A DNA stretch of 24,000 bases from Candidatus Omnitrophota bacterium. GTDB taxonomy: Bacteria; Omnitrophota; Gorgyraeia; Duberdicusellales; Duberdicusellaceae. Position numbers and translations under genes: made by a program. A model generated the notes under the pieces. It saw nothing but the letters and a program-made list of their open reading frames with translations. It had not been told where the DNA came from and searched no databases. Shown here piece by piece: positions 6,470 to 13,215 of this stretch; the first letter of the stretch is position 1, and each line of letters starts with the position of its first letter. The DNA is taken from positions 1 to 24,000 of the forward strand of contig JAGGSQ010000048.1 in assembly GCA_021159015.1 (NCBI GenBank), read 5' to 3'.

Positions 6470-7399
6470 CTACTTCCACAAAATACCCAGAAAGAGAAAA
6501 TAAAATAAAACTAAAGCTACTGCCTCCCAGCGCTCAAGCCGCAGGCGGGTGCGGGTAAACACAAAAAAGACAAAACTCATAAAGATAAGAAACAACAAAT
6601 CAAATTTTACAATTGCGGGTGACATACTTATAGGCCTGATAAGTACAGCTATCCCCAGAACCAAGGAAAGATTAAACACATTACTGCCAATGACATTGCC
6701 TAAGCTAAGCGCAGGTGCTTTCTTAAAAGCAGCCGCAGCTGAGGCAGCCAGCTCCGGCAAAGAAGTGCCAATGGCAAACACACTCATACCAATTACCCAC
6801 GAGCTTACTCCTAAGGCTCTGGCCAGAGAAACTCCTCCTTTTACCATAAGGTTTGCCCCACCTACTACCAGAACTAAAGACCCTATTATCCAGAATATAA
6901 CCTTGGCTTTTTTAAAGGAGGATTCTTTTGCAGAAGAAGAAGCTTGGGAATCTTTAGACCAAGAGAGAAAAATAAAACCTAGAAAAAAAACTAAAAGCAA
7001 CACTCCCTCCGGCCGGCTTAGTTTGTAATCCAGAGAAAACAAAAATACCAGCGCTGTCAAGATTAACATTGCCGGTATCTCTCTTTGAAAAAGCTTCTTC
7101 TCTACTCTTAAAGGGCGAATCAAACCTGCTACTCCCAGCACCAGGCCAATATTAGCAATATTGCTACCAATGATATTACCCAATGCTATGCTGCTATGAT
7201 GCTTAAGGCTTGAGACGATACTTACAGCTGCTTCCGGCAGCGAAGTTCCAAAGGCAATAATTATCATGCCTACTAGTAAAGAAGAAATGCGAAAAATATG
7301 GGAAAAAATCAGGGAGTATTTTATCAGCGAATTTGAGCCGGCAACTAAGAGGATAAGGCCGGCTAAAAAAATCAAACTATTGACAAAGATCATATTCAT
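6470..7399 (-). CDS. Ca2+/cation antiporter (CaCA / YrbG family)
   Basis: Polytopic membrane protein with two alpha-repeat motifs, GTSLPEAAVS and GTSLPELAAS. Start set at ATG 7399, which overlaps the upstream stop as ATGA. Confidence 0.85.
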   Translation of the reverse strand: MNMIFVNSLIFLAGLILLVAGSNSLIKYSLIFSHIFRISSLLVGMIIIAFGTSLPEAAVSIVSSLKHHSSIALGNIIGSNIANIGLVLGVAGLIRPLRVEKKLFQREIPAMLILTALVFLFSLDYKLSRPEGVLLLVFFLGFIFLSWSKDSQASSSAKESSFKKAKVIFWIIGSLVLVVGGANLMVKGGVSLARALGVSSWVIGMSVFAIGTSLPELAASAAAAFKKAPALSLGNVIGSNVFNLSLVLGIAVLIRPISMSPAIVKFDLLFLIFMSFVFFVFTRTRLRLERWEAVALVLFYFLFLGILWK

Positions 7400-7941
7400 A
7401 ATCCCAACTCTTCTGCTATTTCCTGCATAGCCTGAAGGCACAAGGCAACAAATTCCTCCAAAGATAGGCCAATTTCGGAACAGCTGCGTATTTGTTCTCT
7501 ATTAGCGCCTCTCGCGAAATGCTTCTCGCCAAAGCGGCGCAGAACAAAGCCTGTATCTAATGCCTTCAATTTCTTCTCAGGATGCATCAAAGCTGAAGCT
7601 ACAATAAGACCGGTGAGAGGGTCAACGACATAAAGAGCTTTCTCCATTAAGGTGCGGCGTTCTTTAAGGCCAGAATGTGCTTCTATAGCATCAAGAATTT
7701 CTTTTGCCACCCCTTCTTTCTCAAGTTTCTGCGCTGCCACTAAACCATGGCGGCTAAAGTCATTTTTAGTCTCTTCATAGTCTAAATCATGCAGAAGCCC
7801 GGCTAAGCCCCAGCTCTCTTCATCCTGATGCAAGCGCCTGGCTAAATTACGCATGCAAGCTTCGGTAGCCAGCGAATGCTTAATGAGATTCTCACGTTTA
7901 AGAAACTGCTTAAGAAGACCCAGCGCCTGCTTTCTTTCCAT
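7396..7941 (-). CDS. HD-domain (HDIG-type) metal-dependent phosphohydrolase
   Basis: H...HD signature (KHSLATEA...GLLHDLDYE) and a size typical of stand-alone HD hydrolases. Confidence 0.75.
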   Translation of the reverse strand: MERKQALGLLKQFLKRENLIKHSLATEACMRNLARRLHQDEESWGLAGLLHDLDYEETKNDFSRHGLVAAQKLEKEGVAKEILDAIEAHSGLKERRTLMEKALYVVDPLTGLIVASALMHPEKKLKALDTGFVLRRFGEKHFARGANREQIRSCSEIGLSLEEFVALCLQAMQEIAEELGL

Positions 7942-7957
7942 AAAGCTTATGGTAAAA

Positions 7958-8404
7958 CTAGGGAAATTTGGTATTATCGAGGATATTCTTTAAAGCTTCC
8001 TCCTCTAAACCGGGACGAGAAAGGTTCTGGTAAGTCTCTCTAATTCTAAATTCTACCTGTTTCTTATCTAAATTAGAATAATTCCTATCTTGAGCTACTA
8101 AGTCATTATAAAGAATATCCAAATTGTCTATAACCAACTTTACTGTCTGACGCGCTAACTTAATGCTTTCAGAAACATACGGTTTTATTTTTTTCTTGGC
8201 TTCGCTGCGGCTTAAGGCTCCTTTACGATAATTTAATACCACTTCTCTTACCGAAGCGTTTAACTCTTGCTCTCTTTGCTTTATGGAAGCTATTTTTTTT
8301 TCTATTTCTTCTTTCTTAGAATAAGTTGCGGCTAGAACCGCAGGTACGAGAAAAATAGAGGTAAGAAAAATTAGAAGAGAAGCTGCTTCAACGTTTTTTT
8401 TCAT
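7958..8404 (-). CDS. Secreted coiled-coil hypothetical protein
   Basis: Signal-peptide-like MKKNVEAASLLIFLTSIFLVPAVLAA followed by K/E-rich helical sequence. Start moved to ATG 8404, because the longer ORF would abut the tmRNA 3' end. Confidence 0.6.
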   Translation of the reverse strand: MKKNVEAASLLIFLTSIFLVPAVLAATYSKKEEIEKKIASIKQREQELNASVREVVLNYRKGALSRSEAKKKIKPYVSESIKLARQTVKLVIDNLDILYNDLVAQDRNYSNLDKKQVEFRIRETYQNLSRPGLEEEALKNILDNTKFP

Positions 8405-8455
8405 TACTTTAACTTTTCCTGCTGTAAATCCGAACTTGCTTTTTTGCTTAATCAA

Positions 8456-8844
8456 TGGTGGAGGTGGCGGGATTCGAACCCGCGTCCTCAGAAGAACTTC
8501 CTTGAGATTCTACAGGCTTAGCAGGTTGATTAATCTCAGTCAAAGCAGGCTCAACCAGCAAAACCTTCTTTGACCCAGCCTCTTTGTTTCTTTCTGCTTC
8601 CGAGGCAAAAGCAGAAAAGAGCCTGAAAGTTAACCCCTATCTTCCCTCAGGCAAGAAAGATAAGAGCCCTGCCTTAATTTACCAAGGCAGGAGTTGCCAT
8701 TGCCACAGGAGCTACTCCCATAGGAGCAACAAACCCTGCGTTAAAAATTGGCGCTGCACTTATCTTTTTTGCGGTTTTTTACCAGCTCCGCCACTGGACC
8801 TGCCTCTCAAAGAACCTCATTCTGAGTCGAGTCCAGTCACCCCC
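8456..8844 (-). ncRNA. ssrA: tmRNA (transfer-messenger RNA)
   Basis: 5' GGGGGUGACUGGACUCGAC and 3' GCGGGUUCGAAUCCCGCCACCUCCACCA. The acceptor stem has G3:U70. CCGCAAAAAAGAUAAGU-GCA aligns with the E. coli resume region, and an internal tag ORF ends in a hairpin. Confidence 0.93.
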
Positions 8845-8855
8845 GCACTTCAAAA

Positions 8856-8884
8856 AGCATAGCACAAACTTATCTTTTTATCAA
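8856..8884 (-). promoter_or_regulatory. Putative ssrA promoter
   Basis: Minus strand reads TTGATA (8884-8879), a 17-nt spacer, then TATGCT (8861-8856), 11 nt before the mature 5' end. Confidence 0.55.
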
Positions 8885-9000
8885 GTCTCATATATAACAA
8901 CACAGCACTCTTCTCACATCTATCTCACACCTACGAGGTGTGATTTTGGCAATTGGCAATCCGCAACTGCAACCAAATAGGTACGTCCTTATATGTTGCA

Positions 9001-9052
9001 CCAGACGAAGCCTACTACAAAAAGATTCTCGCACAACGGCGTAGTCTGGCGG
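9001..9052 (+). repeat. 52-bp direct repeat, copy A (left edge of the accessory island)
   Basis: 48/52 identical to 12962-13013. Contains CCAGAC...GTCTGG and GCC...GGC arms; all 4 mismatches fall in the predicted loop. Confidence 0.85.
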
Positions 9053-9413
9053 TGTATAGGGGACGAAGTCCGAGCTTTCCACCTACGCTTAAAATAACTT
9101 CGGCGGATTTCGCTGAATAAATATATCAATAATCTCAATTTATACAGCCGAAGGTGATCGCTAATGCGATAGACTTCGACAGGCTTAGGCTTTTCAGTCT
9201 AAAAAAGAAAAAACCTACTCATCAGGCAGGCGTTTTCGTCATCCTTTCATTCCGCAGTAGCGGAATATCCCTAAGCATCTCACCCATCTAAGGTACACCC
9301 AAGAACACATTTCGTGTGTCCCCATTCTTTCTTCAAAAAGAAAAGTTTACATCTGTACAGCAATGTAAGTAAGTAATCTAGTAAGCAATGATTTAAAGGG
9401 AGAGATTAATTTC

Positions 9414-9599
9414 TTATGCTAATCCGTAATAGTATATTTCTTGACAGGATTCTATTTCTTCTGTTTCTTCTTTTATCCTGGAATAAGGAAGAGAATTTTC
9501 ATCGATTTGGGCGTATTTCCCCTTTTTGGTAAGATATAAAAATCTAACGAATCCCTTCTCTTTTTCGTCTTCTATGGTGTATTTTCTCTTATTTTTCAT
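9414..9599 (-). CDS. Small acidic hypothetical protein (61 aa), downstream partner of the protease gene
   Basis: MKNKRKYTIEDEKEKGFVRFLYLTKKGKYAQIDENSLPYSRIKEETEEIESCQEIYYYGLA. SD AGGGGTGA precedes ATG 9599. It lies 35 nt after the protease stop on the same strand. Confidence 0.5.
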   Translation of the reverse strand: MKNKRKYTIEDEKEKGFVRFLYLTKKGKYAQIDENSLPYSRIKEETEEIESCQEIYYYGLA

Positions 9600-9634
9600 T
9601 ATTTCACCCCTAAATTGTACCATATTCAACAAGA

Positions 9635-10816
9635 TTATACAAGTATCTTTCTTCCAGCCTTTACTTCTAGTTCGTTTTTTATACCATCCAAATTTATCTC
9701 ATAGCCACAATCACATTTAACTTTATTGTCTTTCGGAAAAGGGATACAACCTTTCTTTTTGTAATCTTCATCAATCTTGGAGTTAGGTGTAAATTTCGCA
9801 TATATTTTATAGATTTTCCCACACCTAGGACATTTAATCTTAATTTCTACAACATCGGGAAATTTAGAGGTTTTAGGTATTTTGACTGGGGCACTCATCG
9901 GAACAGCTTGTTTAAGTAATTTATCGTCTCGAGTTGCAAAAATCTTATATGTAGAGCTTGTAGTAAACAACAATCTGCACACTATCTGTATCCTATATAC
10001 GATATCTTTTAACTCGGCATCATCGTCTATTCTTGTTATCTTCAGTTTAATGCTTTCAAGATCCTCTATCTTTATTGACCTCCCATGCGATCGCCACTTT
10101 CCATGATTTATCAATTCACTCACTATCTCTTTTGCTCTTTCCTCCTTCATCTTTTCTGTCACTGGAATTCTCCTTATCTCTGTTTTGTTCCAATTCTTAA
10201 ATTTATACTTTTTCAACCATTCAACCACCAACTCTTCAGCAAACTTGAGCGAATGATAAACTCCCTTTAATTCACCAGGACTTATTTGAGCTACCATAAC
10301 CGCATCAAAGGGATTAAGTTTTCCTTTATCCTCAGCCTCTCTTTGCTTTTCACCTATCCATTCCATATAATCAAAAGCAGATACTGTACTCCGACCGATT
10401 CTCATTTGAGCATCTATTGGCCCTAAACTTCCTGTTTCTGTCATAAGGATTTCATCTCCAGATAAAACCATTATGGTACCAGCGCTTTTTGCTTCGCCTG
10501 AAACTACAAATGATACATCATCAAAATGAGACCTTAAGTAATTTACTATCTCCTCGGCTGCTTCACCGCTACCGCCAGGTGTTTCTAAATAAATATCAAT
10601 TTTGGATAAATTCTCCTTATTGCGCAATATATCCGTAATTATATAATAATCTTCTTGGGAAAGAGCTATATCGGGAATTGGCTTACCAATAGCGCTTGCA
10701 AATACTAATAGAAAGGAATCTCTCTTCTTATTATATTTAGAAATCAAGTATATAAGTTCTTTTTCTAACTCATTAGCACTTAACCTCTTCCTGATATACT
10801 CGGTCATTAGACTCAT
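9635..10816 (-). CDS. SDH-family (Clp-fold, S49-like) serine protease fused to a C-terminal zinc ribbon
   Basis: YLETPGGSGEAAEEI, catalytic-Ser motif SGEAKSAGTIMVLSGDEILM..LGPIDAQ, and downstream GKWRSHGRSIKIEDL, matching the Ser/Asp/His Clp-fold proteinase family. The C-terminus has KCPRCGKIY...KCDCGYEI (CxxC...CxC). Confidence 0.8.
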   Translation of the reverse strand: MSLMTEYIRKRLSANELEKELIYLISKYNKKRDSFLLVFASAIGKPIPDIALSQEDYYIITDILRNKENLSKIDIYLETPGGSGEAAEEIVNYLRSHFDDVSFVVSGEAKSAGTIMVLSGDEILMTETGSLGPIDAQMRIGRSTVSAFDYMEWIGEKQREAEDKGKLNPFDAVMVAQISPGELKGVYHSLKFAEELVVEWLKKYKFKNWNKTEIRRIPVTEKMKEERAKEIVSELINHGKWRSHGRSIKIEDLESIKLKITRIDDDAELKDIVYRIQIVCRLLFTTSSTYKIFATRDDKLLKQAVPMSAPVKIPKTSKFPDVVEIKIKCPRCGKIYKIYAKFTPNSKIDEDYKKKGCIPFPKDNKVKCDCGYEINLDGIKNELEVKAGRKILV

Positions 10817-11411
10817 AAAGTCTCCTCGTAACTAGATATTTTTGACCTGCGCCTTTTATTTATTAACTATCCAACAGAATTATTCTATTCCACTTTCACT
10901 TCTTTTCAACAAAAAATTTGCATCTACCAATCTTTTGTATATACACTAAAGGAGAACATTACAAGGTCATAAATTATCGCAATAATATTTCGATAGGGTT
11001 TATTTGTCGCCATAGATAGTCATGCCTCTCGAGTAAATCTTCTAATTGGCTTCTGAACTCACCTTTTCAGTTAAATATCATTATAAAATAAAGTGTTCTG
11101 ATTTTTTTCCGGCGACAGTGGAATTCTGAGTATTCCCGAAGGGCAAATAAAAATAATTGTTTCTTCCTTTTGAATAAAAAATAACCTTACACATCAAGGC
11201 TCTCCAAAGAAACACTGCGGGGTGTGACAATGCCCGACCCCGTTATGCTATTAGAGTATATTGATCGGCTTTCCTCTATTTTATAAAAAGTTTTCTTGTT
11301 TTGGAAGGACCTTTTTACTCTATCGTGAAAACATTCCGGCAGAAACCAGAAGGATAGCATCTGTAATTGAGGGTTTGAATCGTTGTATAATATGGCTATT
11401 TGGGGACAATT

Positions 11412-11657
11412 TTATCTACTGATAGGAGCATCATTAACATCATAAAGTATACCTACTAATAAAGGAGCTTTGGTATATATGAGTTTGAAAATTTTTGTAT
11501 CATCTTTTATTACCATACCTTTTTTGTGAAACGTTCCTTTTCCTGGACATAAAATTTTATAAAGAACCTTGTGTTTATTAATATTTATAATTTTTATTAT
11601 CTCACTATTGGACCTATCTTGATAATATATATTTTTTCTTTTCCGTGTCCTTGACAA
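11412..11657 (-). CDS. Doubtful lysine-rich hypothetical ORF
   Basis: 81 codons with a TTG start, no recognisable SD, and very AT-rich. Possibly not expressed. Confidence 0.25.
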   Translation of the reverse strand: MSRTRKRKNIYYQDRSNSEIIKIININKHKVLYKILCPGKGTFHKKGMVIKDDTKIFKLIYTKAPLLVGILYDVNDAPISR

Positions 11658-11851
11658 TACTAAAATTCTTTATTAGTTTTATTACCACCCAAATCCTGCG
11701 CCGACAAGGACAGCGGTTTCACGCTTTGATTTGAGGAAGCGTAAAAAAGCTTGGCCATCGCCTTTTAGGATTTTGTGAGAAAGTTCAAGCTCTCCTTTGA
11801 AGTCTTTATTGAGTTCGTTTCTGAGTTTAAAAAATACCCTGTCTTTAGCTG

Positions 11852-12268
11852 TTAATTTTGCTTTAGCGCCAAAGATAATAGCACGGATTTTTTGTTTTCG
11901 TATTCTATTTCAAATATTAGGCCTACCCTTTTTTGATTTTCCAGGTGCTGTCGGTAATTTCGAAGGGCGTTATCGGCTTCTATATGTTTTTCGTTGCGGC
12001 CGCGAAAAGCTAAAATCCACACGGTTTTATTCTTATCATCAATGTCATATAAAATTCCACAATCTCCAATTCTTTTACGATATTGTGCAACGTATAAAGC
12101 TACAGGAATAGGCGGTTTAATTTTAGGTTCGCCTTCAGGCCGGGGTTTCTTCTCTAAATCTTCTATGGATTGCGAAACTTTTTCTTGTATATACCGGGGA
12201 GCATTACCGACTTTTTTATCAAACTTCTTTTTTAAAGAGTCCGTTGGAAACCGGATCTTATAATTCAT
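11852..12268 (-). CDS. RelE/ParE-family type II toxin with an unusual C-terminal extension of about 45 aa
   Basis: The core YRKRIGDCGILYDIDDKNKTVWILAFRGRNEKH matches the RelE/ParE pattern (YR.R.GDYR.IY.I......V.I......R...Y). The ATGA overlap with the upstream antitoxin is typical. Confidence 0.8.
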   Translation of the reverse strand: MNYKIRFPTDSLKKKFDKKVGNAPRYIQEKVSQSIEDLEKKPRPEGEPKIKPPIPVALYVAQYRKRIGDCGILYDIDDKNKTVWILAFRGRNEKHIEADNALRNYRQHLENQKRVGLIFEIEYENKKSVLLSLALKQN

Positions 12269-12555
12269 TTCTTTGCCTTGTACTTCTCGATTAAATCTGT
12301 AGCAGATATTCCTTTAGCTCCTGCGGCAATTGCTTTTCTACCTTTACGAATCGCTTCTATTGTTTCTGGATCAGAAAGTTCATCAAGCATATCCAAAAGG
12401 TCCAACATCTCTTCATAATTTAACATAACTCTTACTGGTTGTCCATGCTCAGTTACTACTAAAAGCTTATCATCCTTGAGAAACTCAAACAAACGGCTTC
12501 GGAAAGCTCGCGCTCCAACATGTTCAGCTTTCAAAAAATCTAGCATAACACTCAT
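12265..12555 (-). CDS. Phd/YefM-family antitoxin
   Basis: 96 aa. VGARAFRSRLFEFLKD...LLVVTEHGQPVRVMLNYEEMLDLLDMLDELSD is typical of Phd/YefM. It overlaps the toxin by 4 nt. Confidence 0.85.
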   Translation of the reverse strand: MSVMLDFLKAEHVGARAFRSRLFEFLKDDKLLVVTEHGQPVRVMLNYEEMLDLLDMLDELSDPETIEAIRKGRKAIAAGAKGISATDLIEKYKAKK

Positions 12556-12585
12556 TCTTCACCTCCATTTCTACAATCTGTATTT

Positions 12586-12605
12586 GTGTCCATAATAGTG
12601 GACAC
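12586..12605. promoter_or_regulatory. Operator-like palindrome upstream of the antitoxin-toxin operon
   Basis: GTGTCCA-taatag-TGGACAC, 31-50 nt upstream of ATG 12555. Confidence 0.55.
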
Positions 12606-12837
12606 TTACAATATACCATACTTTCTTTGTGTGCATCAAGCCTTATTCGCAAATTTTGGCATTTTTTAGTATTTTAAGGAATGCAATCGTTTTTAAGCTT
12701 AAATATTCGAAATTCAAGGATAAGAAAAATAAGATTCAAAAAGGAAGAGCTTTTGGATTTTTGTGAGAAGAGTCAATCTTTAAGATCCTTCAGCACTTCG
12801 CGTTGAAGGTTTTAAGACCTCTCGCTCCACTCGAGGT

Positions 12838-12872
12838 CCGTTTCTATTTTTTCCAAGAAAAAATAGAAACGG
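12838..12872. repeat. Perfect 15-bp-stem hairpin
   Basis: CCGTTTCTATTTTTT-ccaag-AAAAAATAGAAACGG. It is the third of three consecutive hairpins (12787-12809, 12816-12838, 12838-12872). Confidence 0.8.
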
Positions 12873-12882
12873 AGAGGCAGGG
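12868..12882 (-). repeat. Exact 15-nt copy of the tRNA-Ser 3' end plus flank (att-like direct repeat)
   Basis: AACGGAGAGGCAGGG is identical to 13123-13137, which is the 2-nt flank, discriminator, acceptor 3' strand and T-stem of tRNA-Ser. Confidence 0.7.
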
Positions 12883-12961
12883 CCAGCCTACGCTAAAGCT
12901 ACGGCTGGTAAACCATTCCTGTGCTGAAGCTACGAAAGGTAAAATTTAAACTTGGCGCAAG

Positions 12962-13013
12962 CCAGACGAAGCCTACTACAAAGAGATTCTTACACAATGG
13001 CGTAGTCTGGCGG
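12962..13013 (+). repeat. 52-bp direct repeat, copy B (right edge of the accessory island)
   Basis: 48/52 identical to 9001-9052. Its last 6 nt (TGGCGG) are the first 6 nt of the adjacent tRNA 3'-end fragment. Confidence 0.85.
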
Positions 13014-13029
13014 AGAGGGAGGGATTCGA
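13008..13029 (-). pseudogene. tRNA 3'-end fragment (CCA, acceptor strand, half T-arm), related to tRNA-Ser
   Basis: TGG-CGGAGAGGgAGGGATTCGA versus the tRNA-Ser CGGAGAGGcAGGGATTCGA (18/19). There is no complementary T-stem or 5' half, so it is not a functional tRNA. Confidence 0.65.
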
Positions 13030-13124
13030 CACCGCTATCGCGAAGCGATTTTCAAAAAAAGCGGTGCCGAGAAAGCCGGTGTTCTAATTTAAGGCTGTCT
13101 CCAAAGGAAGATAAGGTATATCAA

Positions 13125-13215
13125 CGGAGAGGCAGGGATTCGAACCCTGGGTACAGCCTTTCGACCGTACAACGGTTTAGCAAACCGCCGCCTTCAACCA
13201 CTCGGCCACCTCTCC
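13125..13215 (-). tRNA. tRNA-Ser (anticodon GCU), long variable arm, CCA not encoded
   Basis: The reverse complement is GGAGAGGTGGCCGAGTGGTTGAAGGCGGCGGTTTGCTAAACCG...CAGGGTTCGAATCCCTGCCTCTCCG, with anticodon loop TTGCTAA. Confidence 0.92.

Larger units (their letters stand above)
9001..13013. mobile_element. Repeat-bounded AT-rich accessory island (probably a decayed integrated element; no recombinase inside)
   Basis: Bounded by the 52-bp direct repeats. Located between ssrA and tRNA-Ser with tRNA 3'-end fragments at the right edge. Cargo is the protease module and a TA pair. Long ORF-free tracts. Confidence 0.45.

Noticed and set aside
8405-8455. Longer start of ORF 7958..8455, abutting the tmRNA 3' end
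   Set aside because: The signal peptide begins at the internal MKKNVEAASLL (ATG 8404). The extension would leave no space after the tmRNA CCA end.
8584-8862. 92-aa plus-strand ORF
   Set aside because: It lies entirely antisense to the tmRNA gene. It has a TTG start, no SD and low-complexity sequence.
9001-9052. Possible small peptide encoded by the 52-bp repeat (QTKPTTKRF[S/L]HNGVVWR in both copies; 3 of the 4 substitutions fall at third codon positions)
   Set aside because: Four substitutions are too few for a selection signal (roughly a 1 in 9 chance per frame, with six frames). The flanking reading frames differ completely between the copies. Copy B's ORF runs antisense through tRNA-Ser.
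8994-9083. RNase P RNA-like strings on the minus strand: GGUGGAAAGCUCGGAC (compare GAGGAAAGUCCGGGC) and GGUGCAACA
   Set aside because: The other universally conserved RNase P blocks (GUAAGAGCGCACC-type, ACAGAACCCGGCUUA-type) are absent from the flanks. Part of the region is duplicated at 12962-13013. The resemblance is too short to support an rnpB call.
9219-9225. CUGAUGA (hammerhead ribozyme core box) on the minus strand
   Set aside because: There is no properly placed stem II followed by a GAAA box and cleavage-site helix. A single 7-mer is expected by chance in 48 kb of two-strand sequence.
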